A DNA stretch of 64,000 nucleotides from Candidatus Sericytochromatia bacterium. Lineage in GTDB: Bacteria > Cyanobacteriota > Sericytochromatia > S15B-MN24 > VGJW01. The stretch spans positions 1-64,000 of the forward strand of contig JAYKHS010000011.1 in assembly GCA_035285865.1 (NCBI GenBank), read 5' to 3'. Positions 50,398-59,093 of the stretch are shown one piece after another (position 1 is the first letter of the stretch; each line of letters starts with the position of its first letter). The translations under genes and the position numbers were made by a program. The notes under the pieces are model-generated. The model searched no databases, was not told the DNA's origin, and saw nothing but the letters and a program-made list of their open reading frames with translations.

Positions 50398-51144
50398 ATG
50401 ATCGAACGTCTCAACGCCGCACTCATCTCCCGCCGGTTCGTGAAGGCCATCAGCGGGATCGACTGTTTCGACTCCGCCATGGTGCGGTTTACGGCCGAGG
50501 CAGCCCTTGCCGGGGGTGCGGACGCCATCGATGTGGCCGCCGCCCCGGAGCTCGTTGCCGCTGCACGCGAAGCGGCTCCCGGCCTGACCGTGTTCGCCTC
50601 GTCGGTGGTCCCCGAAGTCCTCGTCGCGTCAGGTGCGGACGTCCTCGAGATCGGCAACTATGATGCGCTCTACCGGGATGGCGTGGCTCCGACCCGGGAG
50701 GAGATCCTCGAGTGGACGCGGCGAACGGTTGCGCTGGCTCGCCCGGGCGTTCCCGTGTGTGTCACGTTGCCGGGCCGGGCGTCGCTCGCCGAGAGCATCG
50801 ACCTTGCGGTGCAATTGCAGGCTGCCGGAGCTTCGCTGTTGCAGGTCGAGGGCATTCTCGACTATCCCGACTCGAGCCTGGCGAGTTCCCTGCGGGCCAT
50901 GGCGGATGCCCTGCAAGTCTTGTCCGCCGTCTCCGGCGTCGTCGAGATTCCCGTGTTCCTTGCGGGTGGAGTCGACCCTCTGAGCGCTCCTCACGCCATC
51001 GCCTCGGGGGCCTGCGGCATCGGGATCGGACGAGCCCTTCGTGCCTCTGGCAGCGTTGAGGCGGGTGCGGAAATGCTGCGCACCCTCCGGCTTTCGATGG
51101 ACCGCGTGGGCAATCCGGGTCGGGGGCTTCGTCTGGGGGCCTGA
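50398..51144 (+). CDS. DUF561/Ycf23-like TIM-barrel protein
   Basis: KAISGIDCFD, GGADAIDVAAAPELV, GADVLEIGNYD..Y, VTLP, AIASGACGIGIG. Confidence 0.85.
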   Translation: MIERLNAALISRRFVKAISGIDCFDSAMVRFTAEAALAGGADAIDVAAAPELVAAAREAAPGLTVFASSVVPEVLVASGADVLEIGNYDALYRDGVAPTREEILEWTRRTVALARPGVPVCVTLPGRASLAESIDLAVQLQAAGASLLQVEGILDYPDSSLASSLRAMADALQVLSAVSGVVEIPVFLAGGVDPLSAPHAIASGACGIGIGRALRASGSVEAGAEMLRTLRLSMDRVGNPGRGLRLGA

Positions 51145-51154
51145 GAAGTCCCGT

Positions 51155-51196
51155 CGGGCCCGGCTGCCGTCTGGCAGTCCGGGCCCGTTTCACTTT
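51155..51196 (+). terminator. Intrinsic terminator
   Basis: CGGGCCCGGCTGCC-gtct-GGCAGTCCGGGCCCG then TTTCACTTT. Confidence 0.7.
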
Positions 51197-51413
51197 GGGG
51201 ATTCCGTCGCGCAATGCGACACGACCGATTCTGGCAGCACCCGAGCCTTTCCGACACGCGTCGCGCAAGGGAATGCCCTGCGGGCGCCACGCTCCGGGAC
51301 AAGGGCTGCCTCCTCAGGGAAGCCACCCGGGGAGGCGTTGTCCCGGGGCCGTGCACGCGTCTAGTTTGCAGGGCCGGGTCGGTGACGCTCCAGCCCGGCG
51401 GAGGAGGTCATCG

Positions 51414-52097
51414 ATGAGTCGGATTCAGCCTCTGGCCCGCAGCCTGACTGCGCTCGGGTTGCTGGCAGGTTGCGGGGTCGGCACCCCGGCCGTGACGTCG
51501 GAACGCGGTACGCTCGCCACCACTCCGGTGCAGCAGGTCGCGCCAATCGAAAAGGCACCAGGTGTTCACGTCCCCATCTCCCGGACGCCCCGCGTCCCGG
51601 GGGCCTTTGCCCTGCCCCGTCTGGAGGCCCTCGTGGCTGCCGCGCCTGCAGTCGTCACGGCAGACGCCAGCATCCTGACCATATTCCCCACGCTGGGCTT
51701 CGGGGGGGCACGATGGATCGACCTGTACCAACCCTTCTTCGCGGGGTCGGCCCGCGCTCAGGCCTTCGAGGGCATGCCCTTCGGCATCGAGCCGGGAATC
51801 TTCAACCGAATGCACTTCCTCGGGGTGAACAGCCACTTCGGACTCTATCTGCCCTACTACGCAGCGCTCGGTGGCCTGCGGCCCTTCTTCATCAAGTCAC
51901 CGGACGCACCCTTCTATTACTATCCGCTCGTCATCAACCAGGGAGGTGCTTTGACAGCCGTGACCTATGCGACGCGAGACCTGCTCATGCCCTACGGTGC
52001 TGCAGGCGTCTGTCCCGGAGTGACTCCCGGCATCCTGTCGCGGCTGGGCTGGATTGGTGCCCGGCCCGGCGTGACGTCCCACATCCTCGTGCCCTGA
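51414..52097 (+). CDS. Orphan lipoprotein, aromatic/Gly/Pro-rich
   Basis: SD GGAGGAGG; lipobox LAGC. Confidence 0.78.
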   Translation: MSRIQPLARSLTALGLLAGCGVGTPAVTSERGTLATTPVQQVAPIEKAPGVHVPISRTPRVPGAFALPRLEALVAAAPAVVTADASILTIFPTLGFGGARWIDLYQPFFAGSARAQAFEGMPFGIEPGIFNRMHFLGVNSHFGLYLPYYAALGGLRPFFIKSPDAPFYYYPLVINQGGALTAVTYATRDLLMPYGAAGVCPGVTPGILSRLGWIGARPGVTSHILVP

Positions 52098-52104
52098 GCC
52101 CGGC

Positions 52105-52148
52105 GGCAGCCCCCGTCGGCCTGGCGCACAGGCCGACGGGGGTTTGCC
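52105..52148 (+). terminator. Hairpin terminator
   Basis: CCCCCGTCGGCCTG-gcgca-CAGGCCGACGGGGG then TTT. Confidence 0.65.
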
Positions 52149-52179
52149 TAGCCCTCGGCGCGGGCCCTATCATGCACCC

Positions 52180-53694
52180 ATGGATACGGTGCATCGCCCC
52201 ACGCTCGAGCGCTCCGAGCAGGAACGCGTCCGTCTGGACAAGCTTTCGGCCATTCAGGCCACGGGCGTCGATGCCTACCCGCCGGAGTTCCGGCCCACGG
52301 CGACCACGGCCCAGGTGCACGAACGACACGCGGCCTTGCCACCGGGTGAGGAGACGGATGATCTCGTGCGCATCGCGGGCCGAATTCTCAGCCGCCGCAC
52401 CTCCGGGAAGCTCTGCTTCATGGACCTGGTCGACGGTTCGCATGCCCGCATCCAGGTCTTCGCCGACCTCGGCGGACTCGGCGAAGATGCCTTCCGCCAA
52501 CTCACGGACTGGGTGGACATCGGCGATATCATCGGCGTTTCCGGACGCGTCCGCCGTACTAAGCGTGGGGAGCTCTCGGTCCAACCGTCGACTTGGACCA
52601 TGTTGGCCAAGGCTCTGCGCCCCCTGCCGGAAAAGTGGCACGGCCTGACAGACGTCGAGGTCCGCTACCGGGCCCGGCACCTCGATCTCATCACGAATCC
52701 CGAAGTCCGGGACGCCTTCGTGAAGCGTTCTCGAGCCGTGTCCGCCATTCGCAGGGTACTCGATGCGGAGGGCTTTCTCGAGGTCGAGACTCCCATGTTG
52801 CATGCCATTCCCGGTGGCGCAGCGGCGCGTCCATTCCTGACCCACCATCACGCCCTGGATCTGGAACTGCACCTGCGCATCTCGCCCGAGTTGTACCTGA
52901 AGCGTCTGGTCGTCGGCGGCCTCGAGCGCGTGTACGAGATTAACCGCAGCTTCCGCAATGAGGGCATTTCGACCCGACACAACCCGGAATTCACCATGAT
53001 CGAGGTCTACCAAGCCTACGCCGACTATACGGACATGATGTCGCTCACGGAGCGACTCGTGGCTGCCGCGGCCATCGAAGCATGTGGTTCGACGCGCATT
53101 CCGTGCCAGCAGCACCCGTCGGGTTTCCTCGACCTGACGCCACCGTGGCCGCGTCGCACGATGCAGGATCAGGTCGATATTTTCCTGCGGGAGCTGGGCA
53201 CCGATCCGGATTCTCTGGATATGGACGCCCGCCTGAAGGTCCTGGTCGCGCAAGGGGGCACCGTCCCGAGGGAAGTCACGCCGGGATCCGTGCTTGCTGC
53301 CCTCTTCGACTGCTTTGACAGCAGACTCATGGACCCCGTGTTCATCACCGACTTCCCCGTCGAAGTGTCTCCGCTCGCCAAACGTCATCGGGCGAATCCG
53401 GATCTTACGGAGCGTTTCGAGGTTTTCGTCCTCGGTCGAGAGTTGGCCAATGCCTTCAGCGAGCTCAACGATCCACTCGATCAGCGGGCCCGGTTCGAGG
53501 CTCAGGCAGCCGCAAAGGCCTCGGGAGACGAAGAGGCCCACGCTGTGGATGACGACTACCTGGGGGCGCTCGAGCAGGGCATGCCGCCGACGGGTGGGCT
53601 CGGCATCGGCATAGATCGACTGGCCATGCTGCTCTGCGATGCCGCCTCGATCCGTGATGTGATTCTCTTTCCTTTGCTTCGCCCAAGGGCTTGA
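52180..53694 (+). CDS. lysS: Lysine--tRNA ligase (class II)
   Basis: LRPLPEKWHGL, EVETPML, LRISPELYLKRL, FRNEGISTRHNPEFT, GMPPTGGLGIGIDRL. Confidence 0.98.
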   Translation: MDTVHRPTLERSEQERVRLDKLSAIQATGVDAYPPEFRPTATTAQVHERHAALPPGEETDDLVRIAGRILSRRTSGKLCFMDLVDGSHARIQVFADLGGLGEDAFRQLTDWVDIGDIIGVSGRVRRTKRGELSVQPSTWTMLAKALRPLPEKWHGLTDVEVRYRARHLDLITNPEVRDAFVKRSRAVSAIRRVLDAEGFLEVETPMLHAIPGGAAARPFLTHHHALDLELHLRISPELYLKRLVVGGLERVYEINRSFRNEGISTRHNPEFTMIEVYQAYADYTDMMSLTERLVAAAAIEACGSTRIPCQQHPSGFLDLTPPWPRRTMQDQVDIFLRELGTDPDSLDMDARLKVLVAQGGTVPREVTPGSVLAALFDCFDSRLMDPVFITDFPVEVSPLAKRHRANPDLTERFEVFVLGRELANAFSELNDPLDQRARFEAQAAAKASGDEEAHAVDDDYLGALEQGMPPTGGLGIGIDRLAMLLCDAASIRDVILFPLLRPRA

Positions 53695-54425
53695 GTATCT
53701 TGGTTCAGGAAGGACGAGAGGCACCTCGTGGGCTGACCTTCGCCGTGCACGGACTCTCGCTGGGCATCCTGCTGCCGGTCGAGGCCCAGCTTGGCGCCCG
53801 ACTTGCCGCCAGCGCATCGTCCCTCACCATCACTCCCGGTGTTCTGGACGGGTTGCCTGCCGGCCCCCTCCTGCTTGCGCTGGGGTTCCTGATGCCCGCA
53901 GCGTGGGTGGTTGCCGACCTCTGGGCCGCCTATGGACAGCACGCGCCATCGCGTCGCTCGCGCAACCGTCATCTCGGCAGATTCACGGCCGACCTGGTCT
54001 TGATCGGCGCAGTCCTCGGAGGCTGCACCCTCGCACTCTGTGCCATCTCATGGGCCGGCCTGCTCGGAGATGTGCCGATTCCTGTAGCCCGAGCCGCAGG
54101 CTGGTCGTTGCAAGCCGGGCTTTTGATGCTGGTGCTTTTCGGGGTGCCCGAGATGGCTGGACACCTTTGGTCGGGCGCCTCGCCAGAGGTCGAGGGCTCT
54201 GCCCGACTACCCGGTGGCCGATGGTGGCCTTGGATCAGACCGTGGCACCTGATTGTCATGGTCCTGCCACTTGATCCCCTCTTCAGCGGGCATGCGATGC
54301 CGTGGGCCGCATGGGCCGTGGCGTTGCGCCTCGCCGTCCTGCGGATGGACCTTCTGCGCCACGCCGGGCGCAGGGACAGGGTCAGTCTATGGGCCGACGA
54401 CCCTCGAAGGCACGCGCCAGAGTGA
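53691..54425 (+). CDS. Hypothetical membrane protein
   Basis: TTGA overlap with lysS; several TM segments. Confidence 0.55.
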   Translation: MSILVQEGREAPRGLTFAVHGLSLGILLPVEAQLGARLAASASSLTITPGVLDGLPAGPLLLALGFLMPAAWVVADLWAAYGQHAPSRRSRNRHLGRFTADLVLIGAVLGGCTLALCAISWAGLLGDVPIPVARAAGWSLQAGLLMLVLFGVPEMAGHLWSGASPEVEGSARLPGGRWWPWIRPWHLIVMVLPLDPLFSGHAMPWAAWAVALRLAVLRMDLLRHAGRRDRVSLWADDPRRHAPE

Positions 54426-54981
54426 CCTCGTCGACGATGTCCAGGTCAGCTCCGACGGAAAGACCCGAGGCGAGCCGCGTGCAGGGTATCCCGAGAGGTC
54501 GCAGCAGGCGCGACAAGTAAAGCGTGGTGGCTTCGCCCTCCACGGTCGGCTCCAGCGCGAGCAGGACCTCACGAATGGCCGGGGCACGCAGCCGCTCGAG
54601 CAGGCTACGCACGTTCAGCTGATCGGGGCCAATGCCATCCAGCGGGGAGAGCAAGCCTCCAAGGACGTGGTAGCGGCCCTTGAACTCCCGGGTGCGCTCC
54701 AGCGCCAGCACCTCACGCGTGCCGGAGACTACAGCCATCAACCCGACGTCTCGACCGGGATCCCCGCAGATGCGGCAAAGCTCGGCGTCGGACAGATCAT
54801 GGCAGGTGCTGCACCGCATCAAGCTCCGGCGGGCCGACACCAGCACCGAGGCGAGGCGTTCGATGGCCTCTACGGGTTGCCCGGCGAGGTGCAGGCCCAG
54901 ACGCTGGGCGCTCTTGTGACCGATGCCAGGCAGTCGCTGCAGTTCGGCGACCAGATCCTGAAGCGGACCAGGCAAGGGCAA
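54382..54981 (-). CDS. recR: Recombination mediator RecR
   Basis: LPGIGHKSAQRL, CSTC..CRIC, YHVLGGLLSPLDGIGP, EGEAT, DEVTLARAFEGR. Confidence 0.97.
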   Translation of the reverse strand: MPLPGPLQDLVAELQRLPGIGHKSAQRLGLHLAGQPVEAIERLASVLVSARRSLMRCSTCHDLSDAELCRICGDPGRDVGLMAVVSGTREVLALERTREFKGRYHVLGGLLSPLDGIGPDQLNVRSLLERLRAPAIREVLLALEPTVEGEATTLYLSRLLRPLGIPCTRLASGLSVGADLDIVDEVTLARAFEGRRPID

Positions 54982-54990
54982 GGTGACGAC

Positions 54991-55344
54991 CTAGAAGAGG
55001 CCGGGCATGCCGCCCATGGCCCCGGCAATGCCGCCAAGCCGCTGTTCGGCCTCCTGGCGCGCCTTGGTCTGTGCATCCCGAAGCGCCCCCAGAACCAGAT
55101 CCTCGAGCGTCTCCACGTCATCGGCATCGACGGCATCTGGGCTGATGGACACCGCCACGACATCACGATGGCCGTCAACGGTGACCTTCACGGCCCCCCC
55201 GCCGGACGTGCCCTCGATCCGGACCTCCTTCAGGCCCTCCTGGGTCTTCTGAAGGTCCTCCTGCATCTTCTGGGCCTGCCGCATCATGCGACCCAGATCC
55301 ATGCCTCCCATGCCCCCGGGAAATCCGCTTGGCATCTTGCGCAC
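54991..55344 (-). CDS. ybaB: YbaB/EbfC nucleoid-associated protein
   Basis: MMRQAQKMQ, GTSGGGAVKV, DVETLEDLV; upstream of recR. Confidence 0.95.
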   Translation of the reverse strand: MRKMPSGFPGGMGGMDLGRMMRQAQKMQEDLQKTQEGLKEVRIEGTSGGGAVKVTVDGHRDVVAVSISPDAVDADDVETLEDLVLGALRDAQTKARQEAEQRLGGIAGAMGGMPGLF

Positions 55345-55444
55345 GGTCCACACCCCCTTGTGGGAACCATGGTAGCAGACCGGGGGTATGATGAAGGGAA
55401 CACATTCTCCCGCGGCGTCGTCCAACCATCAAAGGATTCCCTTC

Positions 55445-56038
55445 GTGCCCGCCACCCCAGAGCAGATGCACCTCGTGCGCCGTGCCCTGGACGGGGACAA
55501 GCGAGCCTTCGAGATCCTGGTGGATCCCTCCCTGGATCGTCTCTACGCCCTGGCTCACTCCCTCGCGGGGAATCCCGATGACGCTGCCGATGTCCTGCAA
55601 GACGCCCTACTCAAGGCTTACCGGGCACTTGGATCTTTCCGGGGAAGCAGCGATGTCCATGGCTGGCTTTGTCGCATTGTCCGCAACACGGTCCTCGATG
55701 AGTTCAAAAGAGCCTCGAGGCGCCATGAAGAGCCTGTCGACCAGGTCCCCGAACGCCCGGGCGGGTCGCTGGAGAGGCAGCTGGAAGACAAGCAGTTGGG
55801 CGAAGTCGTACGCGAGGCCGTCGATGCCCTCTCGGACAAGCTCCGCGGCCCCCTGTTGCTCTATGACCTCGAGGGCTACGACTATCAGGAAATCGCCACC
55901 ATGCTCGACCTGAACCTCGGCACCGTTAAGTCCCGGCTCAATCGGGCGCGTGAGAGCCTGCGGCAGACTCTGCTCGATCGCAAGGATCGCTGGGCAGCCT
56001 GGCTCGAAGGGAGGACCGATGGACTGCCGACAGGCTGA
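55445..56038 (+). CDS. ECF RNA polymerase sigma factor
   Basis: GDKRAF, DAADVLQD..KAY, WLCRIVRN, YQEIA..GTVKSRLNRAR. Confidence 0.95.
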   Translation: MPATPEQMHLVRRALDGDKRAFEILVDPSLDRLYALAHSLAGNPDDAADVLQDALLKAYRALGSFRGSSDVHGWLCRIVRNTVLDEFKRASRRHEEPVDQVPERPGGSLERQLEDKQLGEVVREAVDALSDKLRGPLLLYDLEGYDYQEIATMLDLNLGTVKSRLNRARESLRQTLLDRKDRWAAWLEGRTDGLPTG

Positions 56039-56717
56039 ACCCCTTCTGGCAACCTGGCTGGATGGCCCGGGGTGCCTCGGCGGCATCGAGGAAGTCGAAG
56101 TCGAGGCCCACGTGGCGGCGTGCGCGTCCTGCGGACGCCACGTGTCAACGCTTCGCACGATTCAGGAACAGGTCCGCGCCATGCCGAAACCAGCTCTACC
56201 CGAGGACTTCCGCAGGAAGCTCCATCTTGCCTTGGCGGCGGAACCCGTCCCCGTGCGTCCATGGCATGTCCGTCTGCTTTCCGGCCTGAACCTCCCGTCG
56301 CTGGCCTTGGGTGCGGCGAGCGCAGCAGCCCTGACCTTCTTCCTGTGGCGGCCCCCCGGTCCGGGCATCGTGCTCGAGGCGACGGCAGTCCCCGTAGGCC
56401 AGGACGTCGCCGTGCAGGTAGCCTTCGAGGTCCAGGAGGATGTCCGGGACGTGACCTTCGACGTGCGTCTCCCCGAGGGCCTGCGGTTCGTCGACGGGCG
56501 AGGCCGTGACCTGCCCGAGTCGCAGGTCACGTGGCAGGGAGAGCTGCGCAAGGGGCGAACCGTAGTCCCGATTGCCGTTCGCGGTTTGCAGCCAGGCCGG
56601 TGGGAAATCACGGCTGTCGTCCGCAAGGACCGAAGCATCCGGGAAACCCATATCGTCCTGCCGGTCACTGGCGACGGCACCAGGCAGGTTCCGGGCAAAC
56701 AGGGAGGTGACGCATGA
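56019..56717 (+). CDS. ZAS-type anti-sigma factor with extracytoplasmic Ig-like domain
   Basis: HVAACASC (HxxxCxxC), TM helix, beta-rich C-terminus (LPEGLRF..W.G.L). Confidence 0.85.
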   Translation: MDCRQAEPLLATWLDGPGCLGGIEEVEVEAHVAACASCGRHVSTLRTIQEQVRAMPKPALPEDFRRKLHLALAAEPVPVRPWHVRLLSGLNLPSLALGAASAAALTFFLWRPPGPGIVLEATAVPVGQDVAVQVAFEVQEDVRDVTFDVRLPEGLRFVDGRGRDLPESQVTWQGELRKGRTVVPIAVRGLQPGRWEITAVVRKDRSIRETHIVLPVTGDGTRQVPGKQGGDA

Positions 56718-56917
56718 TTCACTCGTCCGCGGTGGCGGCAACCTTGATGGTTCTGACGCTTTCCGCTCCTGCCGTGGCGGGGCCGAGGCCGACTCCGACA
56801 CCCTCACCCTCGCCGACCCCTGCTGTTCTGCCCATCGGCGGGGTCCAAGTCCGACTGGGTATCCCCGGACGGCAACCATCCGGGGCAAGCCACGTCGAGT
56901 CTCCGCGGTTCCGATAG
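56714..56917 (+). CDS. Small secreted Pro/Thr-rich protein
   Basis: SD GGAGGTG, ATGA overlap, signal peptide ending AVA, PTPTPSPSPTP. Confidence 0.55.
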   Translation: MIHSSAVAATLMVLTLSAPAVAGPRPTPTPSPSPTPAVLPIGGVQVRLGIPGRQPSGASHVESPRFR

Positions 56918-56927
56918 GTTCTACCGG

Positions 56928-57260
56928 ATGGAGAATTGCCTTTTCTGCCGCATCGTTGCCGGATCTTTGCCCGCCACCATCGTGTATCGCACCGAGTCAG
57001 CAGTAGCCTTTGCCGATCGCACTCCTCAGGCCCCGACACACGTTCTGATCGTGCCTACCAGCCACTGCGACGGGTTTCAGGACCTGCCCGCCGGTGACGC
57101 GGCGGGGCTTGTGGCCACGGTGCAGGAAACCGCGCGGTTGCTTGGGGTGGAACGAGCCTACCGCCTCGTGACGAATCAAGGTGCAGGTGCCGGGCAGTCT
57201 GTATTCCATCTCCACTTTCACCTGCTGGCCGGGCGGCCCTTGCAGTGGCCGCCCGGCTGA
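56928..57260 (+). CDS. HIT family nucleotide-binding protein
   Basis: CLFCRIV, PQAPTHVL, GQSVFHLHFHLLAGR..WPPG. Confidence 0.96.
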   Translation: MENCLFCRIVAGSLPATIVYRTESAVAFADRTPQAPTHVLIVPTSHCDGFQDLPAGDAAGLVATVQETARLLGVERAYRLVTNQGAGAGQSVFHLHFHLLAGRPLQWPPG

Positions 57261-57265
57261 GACCC

Positions 57266-57294
57266 TTGCCTGTCCGACAGGGCAGGGCTAAAAT
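57266..57294 (+). promoter_or_regulatory. Promoter of rpsU
   Basis: TTGCCT-N17-TAAAAT. Confidence 0.65.
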
Positions 57295-57337
57295 GGTGGT
57301 CTACTGTTGATTTGTGTTGGAGAGGGGGTGATACCAA

Positions 57338-57511
57338 ATGGCTGAGATCCGCGTCACTGAAGGCGAGAGCATCGAATCGGCGCTCAAGCGTTTCAAGAAG
57401 AAGATCCAGAAGGCCGGCATCCTCTCCGAGATCAAGCGCCGCGAGCGTTATGAGAAGCCCAGCGTGCGTCGCAAGCGCAAGGCTGAGGCTGCGCGCAAGC
57501 GTCGTTCCTGA
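57338..57511 (+). CDS. rpsU: 30S ribosomal protein S21 (57 aa, absent from the ORF track)
   Basis: [57 protein letters not shown]. Confidence 0.97.
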   Translation: MAEIRVTEGESIESALKRFKKKIQKAGILSEIKRRERYEKPSVRRKRKAEAARKRRS

Positions 57512-57525
57512 GGTCCGCTTCCAGG

Positions 57526-57559
57526 GAGCCTCCCCACCTCGGGGAGGCTCTCGTTTCTT
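57526..57559 (+). terminator. Intrinsic terminator after rpsU
   Basis: GAGCCTCCCC-acctc-GGGGAGGCTC then TCGTTTCTT. Confidence 0.75.
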
Positions 57560-57602
57560 GGGAGCCCATGCCCGCTATAATCCTTGAGCAGGGGGTTTCG
57601 AA

Positions 57603-59093
57603 ATGCCCGACACGCCGCATGACCACGAGGTTCAGGTCTCCCGGCCGTTCCGCCTCTTCGGCGGTACCGTGGGATTCTCGACCTTCGTGGCGCTGGCCGT
57701 CTGGGGTCTGATGCTCTCGGGTGTCCCCTCGTGGTGGCCCGTGATCGTCGGTGGATCGTCACCACCGTGGGTTGCTGCAGCCTTGCTGCTGGCCGTGCTG
57801 GGAACCGGAGCAGGTTTCGTGCACGTCCTGAACACTCAGGAAAGCGAATTACAGCGTACGCATGCCCGCCACGGCCTGCTCGGCACCCTTACTCTGGGTC
57901 TTTTCGGACTCGTTGCCATCCTGACGCACCTGGGTGCTCCCGCGCTGGTCACGCCGCTTCCTGCTGCGGCAATCATGGTCTCGCTGTTTCTGAACCAGCG
58001 CGTCGCGATGACAGCTGTGCTCGCGTGGGGCCTGCTGCTCCAGCTTCTGCCCAGCCAAGGGCCGGATGTGCTCGTCTTGGGCGGCCTCGGCAGCTGGGCC
58101 GCCCTGCAGGCGCTCAGACGCGTGCGCGAGCGGTGGGACGTGGGACGGGCAGGCTTCCGCGTCGCCGCCGTGATGGCCGGAACGACGCTGGCCGTGATGC
58201 TGCTGCGTGGTCGCGGATGGGACGAGGCTGGCCTGTCCGCCCTTCACGCCGCCTTGTCCGGCCCGATGGCCGTCGTGCTGGGTGTTGGCCTTCTGCCCTA
58301 CTTGGAGAAGCTTTCCGGTATCGTCACGCCCTTCACGCTTCTGGAACTGGCCAACCCGGCACAACCCCTGTTGCGGACGCTGTTGCTCAAGGCGCCCGGC
58401 ACCTACCACCACTCCATCCTGGTCGGCAATCTGGGCGAGGCTGCAGCAGAGGCCGTCGGTGCCGATCCCCTTCTGGTGCGCGTCGGGGCCTACTACCACG
58501 ATGTCGGCAAGACCAAGCGGCCCTACTTTTTCATCGAGAATCAGCAAGGTATGCCGAACCAGCATGACCAGATCTCCCCGAGACTGTCGGCTCTGGTCAT
58601 TACCGCACACGTCCGGGAGGGGATCGAACTGGCCCGGGAGCATCGGCTTCCCGAGCAGGTCGCGGCATTCATCCCCACCCATCATGGCTGCTCTCTGGTT
58701 TCGTACTTTTACCATCAGGCGCGCGAGGCCGAGGGTGGCGAGGAGGTCCTGGAGGAGCACTTTCGTTACCCGGGCCCTCGGCCCACGACCAAGGAGACGG
58801 CCATTGTCATGCTGGCCGACGGCGTCGAGGCTACCTGCAGGACACTGACACGCCCGTCCCCGGAGCAGATCGAAGCAACCATCCGCCGGATCGTGCAGAA
58901 ACGGGTCGATGAGGGGGAACTCTCGGAAGCACCGCTGACGCTTGCCGAGATCGAGGTCATCATCGGAGTATTCAATCGCATCCTGCAGGGCCTCTACCAT
59001 CAGCGTATCGAGTATCCCGACCAGCTGTTGGAGCGGGAAGAGCGGGCCCGCCGGGAAGACAGGAGGCGCCTTGGAGGTTCACCTCGAGCTTGA
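57603..59093 (+). CDS. Membrane HDIG phosphohydrolase (PgpH/YqfF-like)
   Basis: LLELANP..PLL..KAPGTYHHS, GAYYHDVGK..FFIENQ, HHG, FRYPGPRP, MLAD..EA, HQRIEYP. Confidence 0.92.
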   Translation: MPDTPHDHEVQVSRPFRLFGGTVGFSTFVALAVWGLMLSGVPSWWPVIVGGSSPPWVAAALLLAVLGTGAGFVHVLNTQESELQRTHARHGLLGTLTLGLFGLVAILTHLGAPALVTPLPAAAIMVSLFLNQRVAMTAVLAWGLLLQLLPSQGPDVLVLGGLGSWAALQALRRVRERWDVGRAGFRVAAVMAGTTLAVMLLRGRGWDEAGLSALHAALSGPMAVVLGVGLLPYLEKLSGIVTPFTLLELANPAQPLLRTLLLKAPGTYHHSILVGNLGEAAAEAVGADPLLVRVGAYYHDVGKTKRPYFFIENQQGMPNQHDQISPRLSALVITAHVREGIELAREHRLPEQVAAFIPTHHGCSLVSYFYHQAREAEGGEEVLEEHFRYPGPRPTTKETAIVMLADGVEATCRTLTRPSPEQIEATIRRIVQKRVDEGELSEAPLTLAEIEVIIGVFNRILQGLYHQRIEYPDQLLEREERARREDRRRLGGSPRA

